From an uncultured Acidimicrobiales bacterium (GTDB taxonomy: Bacteria; Actinomycetota; Acidimicrobiia; Acidimicrobiales; RAAP-2), in NCBI GenBank assembly GCA_963764555.1, contig CAVXSW010000005.1:821264-885263 (forward strand): 64,000 nt of DNA, read 5' to 3'. The position numbers were made by a program, and so were the translations under genes. Positions 10,755 to 20,212 of the stretch are shown here, piece by piece; positions within the stretch are counted from its first letter, which is position 1, and each line of letters opens with the position of its first letter. The notes beneath the pieces are model-generated. The model had not been told where the DNA came from. It worked only from the letters and a program-made list of their open reading frames with translations, and searched no databases.

Positions 10755-11989
10755 GTGAGCCGAAGGTCCTGGCTGTTCGACGTGGCTCTGGCGGTGGTCG
10801 TGACCGCCATGGACGTCGGCGGAGCCATCGGCGAGGCCAACCCGACCGCCCCGGGCGGCGCCCCCCACCTGGCGCCCGCCGTCGACCGCCAGATCCTCGC
10901 CCACCAGCCCGGGGCCTTCTACGTCCTCGTCGTCGTGGCCGGGCTGGCGCTCGTCTGGCGCCGGCGCTACCCCTTCGCCGTGCTGGCCGTGACGGTGGCC
11001 GCCACCGCCGCCTATGCCGCGGCGGGCTTCGTGGACGGGGCGCCGCTCGTACGCCGTGCTGGTCTCCCTCTACACCGTGGCCTCGCTGGTCTCGTGGCCG
11101 GTGGCGGCCGGCGTCGGAGCCGTGAGCCTGGCCGTGACCTGGCTGGCCGCAGGGTTCGGCGGCCCCTTCGGTTGGCTGGGCGGCCCGAACTCGGTGCGGT
11201 GGGCGGTGATGATCGCCGCCGTCGCCGTCGGCATGGTCCGGGCCAACCAGCGCCAGCTGCTGACGGCGAGAGCCGAGCGCGCCGAGCAGGCCTGGGAGGA
11301 GGAGGCCCGCCGGCGGGTGGACGCCGAGCGGCTGCGGATCGCCCGGGAGCTGCACGACGTGGTGGCCCACAGCATGTCGATGATCAACGTGCAGGCGGGC
11401 ATGGCCGCCCACGTGCTCGAGAGCCAGCCCGACCAGGCCGCCGCCGCCCTCCAGGCCATCAAGACCGCCAGCAAGCAGGGGCTGGCCGAGCTCCGGACCA
11501 TCCTCAACGTGCTGCGCCAGGTCGACGAGGCGGAGGCCACGGCCCCCGCCCCGGGTCTCGACGGACTCGAGTCACTGGTGGCGACGGCCGAGCAGGCCGG
11601 GCTGGCGACCGCCTTCTCGGTGGACGGCCCGCCCCGGACGGTTCCCGCCACCGTCGAGCTGGCCGCCTACCGGATCGTCCAGGAGGCGTTGACCAACGTG
11701 TTGCGGCACGCCCGCGCCGACCACGCCGCCGTCGATGCTCCGCTACGAGCCCGACGGCCTGGTGGTCCGGGTCGACGACGACGGCCGGGCCGGAGGGGCG
11801 GGCCCGGGGCCGGCGCCGGGCTTCGTCGGCGGGTCGGGCACCGGCATCACCGGGATGCGGGAGCGGGCCGAGGCCTTCGGGGGCACGGTCGAGGCCGGGC
11901 GCCGGTCGGGTGGTGGCTGGCGGGTGGAGGCCCGCCTGCCGACCGACGAGCGGGAGCCGGCTCCCTGGGTCTCGGCGGCCCGACCGTGA
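10755..11989 (+). pseudogene. two-component sensor histidine kinase (HisKA_3 / DesK-NarX type), two frame breaks
   Basis: TM region in frame 0, then [22 protein letters not shown] (H-box) in frame 1, then the HATPase part (DDDG...[16 protein letters not shown]) in frame 2. Breaks near 11048 and 11734. Confidence 0.8.
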
Positions 11990-12649
11990 TCCGGGTCGTG
12001 CTGGCCGACGACCAGGTCCTCGTCCGGGCCGGCTTCCGGGTCCTGCTCGACTCCGACCCGGACATCGAGGTGGTGGGCGAGGCCGCCGACGGCGCCGAGG
12101 CGGTCGAGCTGGTCCGCCGCCTGCGCCCCGACGTGGTGCTGATGGACATCCGCATGCCCCGCGTCGACGGGCTCGAAGCCACCCGCCGGATCCGCGACGA
12201 CGAAGGACTCGGGCGGGACCCGGGTGCTCGTCCTCACCACCTTCGAAGCCGACGAGTACGTCTACGAGGCCCTGCGCGGCGGGGCGAGCGGGTTCCTGGT
12301 CAAGGACACCGAGCCGTCCGACCTGCTCGCCGCGGTGCGGGTCGTGGCCCGCGGCGACGCCCTGCTGTCGCCCGGGGTCACCCGGCGGCTCATCGCCGAC
12401 ATCGCCGGGCGACCGGGACGGCCGGCTTCGCTCGCCGAGCTGGAGCGCCTGACCGAGCGGGAACGGGAGGTGCTGGCCCTGGTGGCCGGCGGTCTCTCCA
12501 ACGACGAGATCGCCGGCCGCCTCCACCTGAGCCCCCTCACCGCCAAGACCCACGTCAGCCGCATCCTCACCAAGCTCGGCGCCCGCGACCGGGCCCAGCT
12601 GGTGGTCGTCGCCTACGAGACCGGCCTGGTCAGCCCGGGGCGGCCCTGA
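11986..12649 (+). pseudogene. NarL/LuxR-family response regulator, one frame break
   Basis: GTGA overlap with the kinase stop. Receiver [10 protein letters not shown]...[10 protein letters not shown], then after a break near 12215 [15 protein letters not shown] plus LuxR HTH ([22 protein letters not shown]). Confidence 0.8.
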
Positions 12650-12768
12650 TCCCGTGCCGGGACCGCGTGCCGGGTGCCGCCCACCCGCCACGTTTCGGCC
12701 GGCGGCGCCCCGGGTAGTGCGCTCCGCTGTGGCGAGCCGCGTCGGTGCCCTCTGTCGTGCCTAGACCG

Positions 12769-13698
12769 ATGGGGCTGGCCGCGGTCGAGGACCTGGACCT
12801 CGTGGACGGGGACCACGTGGTGCACTTCTACCGGCACGACGACGGACTGGCCGAGGGCGTCGGCGGATATCTGGCCGGGGCCCTCGGGGCCGGCGACGCG
12901 GTGGTCGTGATCGCCGGCGAGGACCACCGCCGGGGCTTCGCTCGGGCCATGGGCGCAGACGGCATCGACCTCGCCGCCGCCCGGTCCTCGGGCCGCCTGG
13001 TGGAGCTCGACGCCGCCGACATGCTGGCCGGTTTCGACGACGGGACCTCGCTCGACCCGGTCGCCTTCGATCGGCTGGTGGGAGGGGCGGTCCGGACGGC
13101 GGCCCGGGCGGGTCGCCGCGTCCACGCCTACGGGGAGATGGTCGCCCTGCTGTGGGAAGCCGGCCACCTGGTGAGAGCCATCGAGCTCGAGGAGCTGTGG
13201 AACGACCTGGCCCGTCGGACCCCGTTCTCGCTGGTGTGCGCCTACCCCGACGGCGCCCTCGCCGGCGACGAGGCGGGGTTCGCCCGGATCTGCCACGTCC
13301 ATTCCGCGGTGGTCGGCCCGGGTCCCGACGGGCAGGTGACCCGGCGCTTCGCGGCGTCGCTCGACAGCCCCGCCTCGGCCCGGCGCTTCGCCACCGAGGT
13401 GGTGACCGACTGGGGACGTCCCGAGCTGGTCCACGATGTCGCCATGGTGGTCTCCGAGCTGGCGACCAACGCCGTCGTGCACGGCCGCTCGGACTTCACG
13501 CTGATCCTCTGCCGGCAGGGCGCCACCGTCCGGATCGCGGTGCGCGACCGGTGCACGGACCCCCCGGTCCCCCGCCCGTCGCCGCCCGAAGGGGGCGGCC
13601 GGGGCCTGGTCCTGGTGGGAGCCATCGCCGATCGCTGGGGCCAGGAGCCGACGACCGGGGCGAAGGTCGTGTGGGCGGAGCTCGGGGGAACCGGCTGA
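12769..13698 (+). CDS. MEDS domain fused to RsbW-like anti-sigma factor serine kinase (HATPase_c)
   Basis: N-terminus GDHVVHFYRHDDGLAEGVGGYLAGAL (MEDS signature). C-terminus VSELATNAVVHG...GGRGLVLVGAIADRWG (RsbW/SpoIIAB-type ATPase). ATG 12769 preferred over GTG 12745, which is followed by rare codons. Confidence 0.7.
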   Translation: MGLAAVEDLDLVDGDHVVHFYRHDDGLAEGVGGYLAGALGAGDAVVVIAGEDHRRGFARAMGADGIDLAAARSSGRLVELDAADMLAGFDDGTSLDPVAFDRLVGGAVRTAARAGRRVHAYGEMVALLWEAGHLVRAIELEELWNDLARRTPFSLVCAYPDGALAGDEAGFARICHVHSAVVGPGPDGQVTRRFAASLDSPASARRFATEVVTDWGRPELVHDVAMVVSELATNAVVHGRSDFTLILCRQGATVRIAVRDRCTDPPVPRPSPPEGGGRGLVLVGAIADRWGQEPTTGAKVVWAELGGTG

Positions 13699-13700
13699 CG

Positions 13701-14513
13701 ATGGCGACCGTCGACCTGCCGAGCCCCGAGCTGCTCGCCCCGGGCGACCATCCCTGCTGGGTGGTCGAGGACGACGAGGCGTACATCCGTCTCGCCGGGA
13801 CGGTGCTGGAGGAGGGCCGCCGGCTCCACCAGCGGACGGCGCTGTTCGGCCCGGCCGGGAGCCGGCCGCTCGCCGCCCTCGCCGGGTCGGTGGAGCTGAC
13901 CGCCGACCCCGGGGCCGAGTTCCTCGGTGGCGGGCCGCTCGTGCCCGAGGCCGTCTTCGCCGCCTTCCGCGCCGAGACGGCCCGCGCCCGCAACGACGGG
14001 TACGCCGGTCTGCGGGTCGTCGCCGACATGGACTGGCTGTTGCCGCTCGGGCCGACGGCGGAGGAGATCGTCACCTTCGAGGCGCAGCTCGACGAAGTGG
14101 TGCGCCGGCTGGAGGCCACCGTGGCGTGCGCCTACCGCCCGGGGTCGTTCCCGTCGCCGGCCACCATCACCGCCGCCAGCTGCGTCCATCCGGCCCACTG
14201 GGGGCCGGGCGCCGAGCCCCCGTTCCGGGTCGCCCTCGCCGACGACGGCTGGGCGATCTCCGGCGAGATCGACAACGCCGTGCGTGACGCCTTCGCCGAC
14301 GCCTTCGATGCCGTCACCGGCGGGGACGGTCCGTGCGTGGTCGACCTGAAGGGCCTCGAGTTCATCGACGTGGCCGGCATGCGGGTGATCGCCACGGCGG
14401 CTGCCCGCCGGACGAGCCCGGTGGTGCTGCGGGGCGGCCCCCCGATCCTCCCCCGGGCCTGGGGGCTGGTCGGCTTCGACGAGATGGCCCCGGCGGTCGA
14501 GTTCGCCGGCTGA
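13701..14513 (+). CDS. MEDS domain fused to STAS (anti-anti-sigma factor-like) domain
   Basis: Starts 3 nt after the previous stop. N-terminus GDHPCWVVEDDEAYIRLAGTVLEEG (MEDS-like). C-terminus CVVDLKGLEFIDVAGMRVIATAA (STAS). Confidence 0.7.
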   Translation: MATVDLPSPELLAPGDHPCWVVEDDEAYIRLAGTVLEEGRRLHQRTALFGPAGSRPLAALAGSVELTADPGAEFLGGGPLVPEAVFAAFRAETARARNDGYAGLRVVADMDWLLPLGPTAEEIVTFEAQLDEVVRRLEATVACAYRPGSFPSPATITAASCVHPAHWGPGAEPPFRVALADDGWAISGEIDNAVRDAFADAFDAVTGGDGPCVVDLKGLEFIDVAGMRVIATAAARRTSPVVLRGGPPILPRAWGLVGFDEMAPAVEFAG

Positions 14514-14546
14514 CTGCTCCGGAGCGCCACCGCCGGTCCGGGCGGG

Positions 14547-15879
14547 TCAACCCCCGTCGGCGCCCGCTTCCACCGAATAGACGCGGCGGGTCTCCGACAG
14601 GCCCTTCAACCGGACGTCCCGGGCATCGGTGAAGCGGAACTGGCCGGTGAGGTCGCAGAGCTCCTTGACGACTGACGACGCCAGGATCTCGCCACCGCGC
14701 GCCTGCTGGGTGATCCGCGCCGCCAGGATCGACCGCGCCGCCCATGAAGTCGTCGCCGTCGCGCACCGCCTCGCCGGCGTGGAGGCCCAGGCGGACGTGG
14801 ATCGGTACGTCCCGATCGGAGGTGTTCCTCGCCTCGAGGTCGTGCTGGATCCCCACCGCGCAGTCGAGGGCGCGGCTGGCGCTGCCGAAGGCGATCATGA
14901 ACCCGTCGCCCTGCGACTTGACCTCGCGGCCGCCGGACCGCCCGATCCGGCGGCGGACGATGTCGTTGTGCTCCCGGAGCAGGTCCATCGCCCGCCGGTC
15001 GCCGAGGCGCTCGGTGACCGAGGTGAACCCTTCGATGTCGCTGAACATGATGGTCACCGTGCCGTCGGGCAGATCGGCGGCGGTGCCGAGCTCGGGGTCG
15101 GTGCCGGCCGGTCCCTCCGCCACCGCGTCGATCAATCGCGGGAGCGGAGCCGGGTGGTGACCGCCGGCCGCCCCGCCCGCCCCGCCGTCGCCGCCAGCGG
15201 GCTGTCCCGGCAGCTCCGGCTCCGCCCGGCCCGCCTCCAGCCGGGCCCGCGGGGGCTTGGTGCGCACGTCCACACCGCCCCAGAAGGCGAACGCCCGGAC
15301 CCGGACCCGCGGGGCCCCCGGCAGCGGCGGGACCCGGTTGATCCCCCGGGCGCTCTTGCCGCCCATGACGGCGATGCCCCCGAGCTCGACCTCGATGCCC
15401 TCGGGGACGATGATGTCGATGCCGCCCATGATGGCGGTGGCGTTGATCACCACCGTCGGCCCCTCGACCTCCGCGTCGCGCAGGTCGAGCAGGCAGCCCC
15501 CCATGACCGCCACGGCACGGGTCTTCGGCGGCAGCCGCCACCGGCCCCGGCGCTGCGAGCCGCCCATGACCGACACGGTCCAGTAGGTGGCCGGGCGCCG
15601 GTCCGGGACCGGTGCCGTCGGCACGGCGAGAGCCGCCTCGCCGGTGAGGAGCCCGGCGAGGTCGGGGCCGAAGGGATGGGGGAGGTCGGCGACCACCGGG
15701 TCCATGTCGGTGAGGAACACGGCGCGCTGGGCGGTGTCGACCCGACCCGAGAACTCGTCGAGCGTCAGTCGACCCTCGGCGCAGGCCCGCGCCAGCACCT
15801 CGATCACCCGGTCGCGCTCGGTGTCGGAGAGGCGGGGCCCGGGTGGGCTGCTCGGGGGCGGGGTCGGCACCGGGGCCAT
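14547..15879 (-). pseudogene. DUF1707 + LiaF-like C-terminal domain + class III adenylate/guanylate cyclase, one frame break
   Basis: LSDTERDRVIEVLARACAEGRLTLDEF (DUF1707), MGG-repeat LiaF-like region, and VTIMFSDIEGFT...GDGFMIAFG cyclase core. After an extra base near 14730 the cyclase continues as ILAARITQQARGGEILASSVVKEL... to the stop at 14547. Confidence 0.75.
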
Positions 15880-15940
15880 TGTGCCCGATGGGGCCTACGG
15901 TCGCTCCTGGCGGAGGGCGGCGTCGGCCCGGTCGGGGCGG

Positions 15941-16381
15941 TCACCCCGCCGACGGCCGTGTCCAGCTCCCCGGAACGGAGCCGTCGAGGAACTCCCGGCG
16001 GTGGACGAAGCACCACCGGCCCCCGCTCATGCCGTACCGGTCGAGGTACCGGCCCCAGTGATCGAGTCCCCGCTCGCTCAGGACCTGGTAGTAGCAGCGC
16101 GACGAGACGTCGCCGGGTCCGGTGACGTCGATCTGCAGGGTGCTGGTGTGGTGCCGGACGAGGACCGGTCCCTCCGAGGCGCGGCGCAACCGGTCGGCGG
16201 CGCCGGTGAAGATGGTGCGGATCTCCTCGTGCCCGCGGAAGGGACGCCCGTCGAGCTCCATGACGGCGTCGGGGGAGAAGCACTCGAGCACCTGGTCGAA
16301 CCGACCGGCGTCGGCGTTGGCGTTGTAACGGGCCACCAGGTCCCGGACGCTCTCGCGGGCCACCAGCTCCCACAGCTCCAC
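15941..16381 (-). CDS. SnoaL-like / NTF2-fold protein
   Basis: 146-aa intact ORF. ARYNANADAGRFDQVLECFSPDAVMEL is typical of SnoaL_4/NTF2-like proteins. GTG start with GGGAGG SD. Confidence 0.7.
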   Translation of the reverse strand: MELWELVARESVRDLVARYNANADAGRFDQVLECFSPDAVMELDGRPFRGHEEIRTIFTGAADRLRRASEGPVLVRHHTSTLQIDVTGPGDVSSRCYYQVLSERGLDHWGRYLDRYGMSGGRWCFVHRREFLDGSVPGSWTRPSAG

Positions 16382-16390
16382 GGTGCCTCC

Positions 16391-16490
16391 CTTCTCGGCG
16401 GAACGCTCTGTCTCTTCTCGGCGGGAACGCTCTGTGTATCTCCCCGGCCGGGATGGCTCTGCCTCTTGCCCGGCGGAACGGCTCTGTCCT
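16391..16490. repeat. about 25-nt tandem repeat x4 in the 5' leader of the SnoaL-like gene, each unit SD-like
   Basis: Coding-strand units: ACAGAGCCGTTCCGCCGGGCAAGAGG / CAGAGCCATCCCGGCCGGGGAGATAC / ACAGAGCGTTCCCGCCGAGAAGAG / ACAGAGCGTTCCGCCGAGAAGGGAGG, followed by cacc-GTG. Confidence 0.8.
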
Positions 16491-16639
16491 CGGCGTCAAC
16501 CGACTCGTCGTCATGGTAGGGGTGGGGCGCATTGGTAGGCTCGCCCGGTCGGCGAGTCGGGAGGTCGAAGTGTCGGAGAACCTGCGGTTCCGGACCAGCT
16601 CCCGCTCGGCGACGGAGGCGGGGCTCGGCCGCTGAAGCC

Positions 16640-17055
16640 GTGGTCGCACGATCCGGTCGCACGACCAGCCGACGGGCCGGGGGCGCACGATCCGCCGAAG
16701 CGAAGGTCCGCGCCATCTGCCTGGCACTGCCATCGGTGACCGAGCGGCTCAGCCACGGCGCGCCGGCCTTCTTCGTCGGACGGCAGTTCGTCGCCCTGTG
16801 GCCGGAGGGCCACCACGACCACCGCTTCCCGCACCTGTGGTGCGCGGCCCCGGCGGGCGCCCAGGAGAGCTTCGCCCGGGCGGACCCCGGACGGTTCTTC
16901 CGGCCACCGTACGTGGGGGTCGGGGGTGGCTCGGCGTCCGGCTCGACGGCCGGGTCGACTGGGAGGAGGTGGAGATGCTCTGTGAGCAGGCCTACCGGGT
17001 GGTGGCCCCGAAGAGGCTGGCCGCGCAGCTCGACGCCCCGGCCGGCGAAGGCTGA
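16640..17055 (+). pseudogene. MmcQ/YjbR family DNA-binding protein, one frame break
   Basis: VRAICLALPSVTERLSHGAPAFFV...RFFRPPYVG, then in another frame RGWLGVRLDGRVDWEEVEMLCEQAYRVVAP. Adding one G to the G5 run at 16915-16919 restores the frame. Start uncertain. Confidence 0.55.
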
Positions 17056-17063
17056 GCCGGCCC

Positions 17064-18053
17064 GTGGCCTCGCGGCTGGCCGCTGACACCGAGATCGCCA
17101 CCTGGCGGGCCCGGGGCTGGGTGCTGCTCGAAGGTCTGGTCGGCGCCGACGAGATCGACGCCGCCGGCGACGATCTCCACCTTCTCTATCCCACCGCCGA
17201 GGAGCACCACGCCGACCCGGCCGCCGCCACCCGCCGGTGGCTCGGTCCGAAGCCCGATCCCCACGAGGACTTCCCCTGGCCCGAGGAGGGGCCGGGCTTC
17301 CGCGGGGAGCAGCAGCGCTGGAACACCGAGTTCCCGTTCCCGGGTTCGGGCGTCCTCAACCGCCTGTGCGTGCATCCCTCGGTCGTCGACTTCGCCGAGC
17401 GCGCCCTCGGCACCGACGACATCCGGCTCTACCAGACCACCGCCTCGGCCAAGTTCTCGGGTGTCACCGACTACGAGCAACCCATGCACACCGACCGCAA
17501 CCACTCGTGGCTGCCGGCAGGGAGCCGCTCTCCGTGGTGGAACCTCGAGGGGTTCCTCTACCTGTCCGACGTGACCGATGCCGACAACCCGACCCGGCTG
17601 GTCTCGGTGGAAGACTCGGCCCACGTGCCGGCGATCACCCCGGTGGTGATGCCCGACACGGACCCCGGGCTCTACCGGTCCGAGCAGCGGGCGACCGGGG
17701 TCCGCGGCTCGTACCTCGCCTACCGGTCCGACGTCTTCCACCGGGGAGGACCCTTCGGCTCGCCGGGCCGGGCCCGCTACGTCCTCGCCCTCGCCTTCAA
17801 GGCCGCCGGTCTCGACTGGATCGGCTACAACCAGGCGCAGTCCCGGTCCACCGACCCGGAGTGGACCCGGTTCGCCGAGGGCTCGACCCCCCGGGAGCTG
17901 GCGCTGTTCGGCTTCCCGCCTCCGGGCCACCCGGTCTGGGACGAAGCGCTGCTCGACGCCACCGCCCTGCGCTATCCGAGGCTCGACCTCCGGCCCTGGC
18001 GGGCGGCGCTCCGCCCGGACGGGGCGCGGCGGGAGGGTTCCGCCGCCGGCTGA
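17064..18053 (+). CDS. phytanoyl-CoA dioxygenase (PhyH) family protein
   Basis: 329-aa intact ORF. HTD (HxD) motif and a distal His in SDVFHRGG. General PhyH-like layout. Confidence 0.65.
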   Translation: MASRLAADTEIATWRARGWVLLEGLVGADEIDAAGDDLHLLYPTAEEHHADPAAATRRWLGPKPDPHEDFPWPEEGPGFRGEQQRWNTEFPFPGSGVLNRLCVHPSVVDFAERALGTDDIRLYQTTASAKFSGVTDYEQPMHTDRNHSWLPAGSRSPWWNLEGFLYLSDVTDADNPTRLVSVEDSAHVPAITPVVMPDTDPGLYRSEQRATGVRGSYLAYRSDVFHRGGPFGSPGRARYVLALAFKAAGLDWIGYNQAQSRSTDPEWTRFAEGSTPRELALFGFPPPGHPVWDEALLDATALRYPRLDLRPWRAALRPDGARREGSAAG

Positions 18054-18092
18054 CGGCCCCGGCCGGGCGGGCCGGCACCGCTTATGCTGCCG

Positions 18093-18137
18093 CGCATGGA
18101 CACTCGGCGCATCGACTCTCGGCGCATGGACTATCGC
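18093..18137. repeat. 15-nt tandem repeat x3 spanning the aldo/keto reductase start codon
   Basis: cgcatggacactcgg / cgcatcgactctcgg / cgcatggactatcgc. The third unit carries the ATG (18126) of MDYRHLGRSGL. Confidence 0.85.
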
Positions 18138-19085
18138 CACCTCGGACGGAGCGGCCTGCGGGTCAGCCCACTGTGCCTCGGCACCATGAACTTCGGCCCC
18201 CGCACCGCCGAACCCGACAGCTTCGCCATCATGGACCGGGCCCTCGAGGAGGGGATCAACTTCTTCGACACCGCCAACGGCTACGGCGGCGGCGAGACCG
18301 AGCAGATCCTCGGCCGGTGGTTCGAGCAGGGCGGCGGGCGCCGCGACAAGGTGGTCCTCGCCACCAAGGTCTACGGCGACGTCGCCGGTGCCTGGCCGAA
18401 CGACTCCAAGCTGTCGGCGCGTCACATCCGGGACGCGTGCGAGGCGAGCCTCCGGCGCCTGCGCACCGACCACATCGATCTCTACCAGATGCACCACGTC
18501 GACCGGGGCACCCCGTGGGAGGAGATCTGGCAGGCGATGGACCTGCTGGTCGCCCAAGGGAAGGTGATCTACGTGGGCAGCTCCAATTTCGCCGCCTGGC
18601 ACATCGTCGCCGCCAACGAGGCGGCGCGCCGGCGCGACTCGTTCGGTCTGGTGAGCGAGCAGAGCCTCTACAACCTCAAGACCCGGACCATCGAGATGGA
18701 GGTCGTCCCCGCCTGCCAGGCCTACGGGATCGGGATCCTGCCCTGGAGCCCGCTCGGCGGGGGCCTGCTGGCCGGCTCGATCGCCGGGGCGTCGGAAGGG
18801 CGGCGGTCCGAGCAGGGGATGCAGGCGGCGGTGGACTGGCTGTCGGACACCCTGAGCGCCTGGGAGAAGGTGTGCTCCGAGCTCGGCGAGCGGCCGGCCG
18901 ACGTGGCGCTCGCCTGGCTGCTGGCCAATCCGGTGGTGACCGCGCCGATCGTCGGCCCGCGCACCATGGAGCAGTTCGAGGGGTGCCTTCGGGCGCTCGA
19001 CATCGAGCTCGGTCCCGAGGTGCTGGACCGCCTCGACAAGATCTTTCCGGGACCGGGTACCGCGCCCGAGGCCTACGCCTGGTGA
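18126..19085 (+). CDS. aldo/keto reductase
   Basis: MDYRHLGRSGLRVSPLCLGTMNFG...DTANGYGGGETE...IDLYQMH. Canonical AKR N-terminus and motifs. Confidence 0.9.
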   Translation: MDYRHLGRSGLRVSPLCLGTMNFGPRTAEPDSFAIMDRALEEGINFFDTANGYGGGETEQILGRWFEQGGGRRDKVVLATKVYGDVAGAWPNDSKLSARHIRDACEASLRRLRTDHIDLYQMHHVDRGTPWEEIWQAMDLLVAQGKVIYVGSSNFAAWHIVAANEAARRRDSFGLVSEQSLYNLKTRTIEMEVVPACQAYGIGILPWSPLGGGLLAGSIAGASEGRRSEQGMQAAVDWLSDTLSAWEKVCSELGERPADVALAWLLANPVVTAPIVGPRTMEQFEGCLRALDIELGPEVLDRLDKIFPGPGTAPEAYAW

Positions 19086-19140
19086 GCGGCGGGCGCCGGC
19101 CCGCCCCACCCGACCGCCCACCGGGTCCGAGGTGGTCGCC

Positions 19141-19246
19141 GACGCCTCGAATCAGCCGCCTCGAAACAGACGCCTCGAGAGAGCCGCCCGACGCCTCGAG
19201 CCCGCTACGCCTTGAGCCGCTAGTCTTGAGCCGCTACGCCTTGAGG
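19141..19246. repeat. degenerate 14-15-nt tandem repeats in a convergent intergenic region, including the stop codon of the esterase gene
   Basis: gacgcctcgaatca / gccgcctcgaaaca / gacgcctcgagaga ..., then cgctacgccttgagc / cgctagtcttgagc / cgctacgccttgagg. The last unit encodes the C-terminal ...LKA-stop of the minus-strand gene. Confidence 0.8.
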
Positions 19247-20178
19247 CAGTGGCGGAGGAAGTCGAAGAGCCGCGGGAAGAAGTGCGCTCCCACCGTCGGC
19301 AGGGCGATGCACCCGTGCGGGGTCTCCGGGTAGACGAGGAGCTCGCTCCGGTTCCCGGCCGCCTCCCAGCGGGCCGCCATGAACAGGGTGTCGTCCAGCA
19401 GATGGTCGTTGCCGCCCACCGAGAAGAGCGCCGGCGGCATGCCGGAGAGGTCGGCGTACAGCGGTGAGACGTCGGGGGAGCGGCGCTGTTCCTCGGACAT
19501 CCCCGGCAGGTAGAGGTCGAGCGGGAACCCCGAGGAGTCGAGGATGTCGGTCCCCGGCGCCACCCCCACGCCACGCTGGCTGGGTGTCCGCGAGAGGTCA
19601 TAGGCCCCGAACACCAGGTTGGCACCGGCGAAGGGGACCCCGCCGTGGCGGTCCCGCATCCGCAACAAGGTGACGGCGGCGAGGTGGGCGCCCGCCGATT
19701 CGCCGCCGATGAGCAGCCGGTCGGAACCGAGCTCGGCGGCGGCGTGCTCGAGGAGCCAGCAGGCGGCGGCCTCGCAGTCGTCGGGACCGGCCGGATAGGG
19801 GTGCTCGGGGGCCAGGCGGTAGTCGACGCTCACCACCGCGAGGTTGCAGGTGTCGACCACGATCTCGTGCAACAGGTCCATCATCTCGGGTGTCCCCGCC
19901 AACCAGGCGCCGCCGTGGATGTGGAAGAGCACGCCCTCGGGTTCCGGGTGCTCGAACACGCGGAGCCGGATCTCGCCGCCCGGTCCGGCGATCGTGCGGT
20001 CCACCGCCCGGTCGGAGGGGGGCCCGCCGAGGGTCAGGCGCCGGTGGGCGGCGACCCGCTCTGCCGGCGACAGGTCGCCGGTGGCGGTCTCCTGCCAGGG
20101 AACCGACGCCACGAAGGCCGCGGCCTCCTCGCGGAGCTTCGGCCGCAGGGCCTCGAGCTCGTCGTCCCAGAGCGCCAC
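19234..20178 (-). CDS. alpha/beta hydrolase fold-3 esterase/lipase (HSL family)
   Basis: HIHGGAW (HGGG-type oxyanion motif) and GESAGAHLA (GxSxG). 314 aa, intact. Confidence 0.8.
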   Translation of the reverse strand: MALWDDELEALRPKLREEAAAFVASVPWQETATGDLSPAERVAAHRRLTLGGPPSDRAVDRTIAGPGGEIRLRVFEHPEPEGVLFHIHGGAWLAGTPEMMDLLHEIVVDTCNLAVVSVDYRLAPEHPYPAGPDDCEAAACWLLEHAAAELGSDRLLIGGESAGAHLAAVTLLRMRDRHGGVPFAGANLVFGAYDLSRTPSQRGVGVAPGTDILDSSGFPLDLYLPGMSEEQRRSPDVSPLYADLSGMPPALFSVGGNDHLLDDTLFMAARWEAAGNRSELLVYPETPHGCIALPTVGAHFFPRLFDFLRHCLKA

Positions 20179-20212
20179 GCCGGCCCACGCTACCGGCCGG
20201 CGGCGGGGGCGA

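Noticed and set aside
10539-12452. 637-aa and 567-aa plus-strand ORFs covering the two-component genes
   Set aside because: Each is only partly in the true frame of the kinase or regulator. They are better explained as two genes with three frame breaks.
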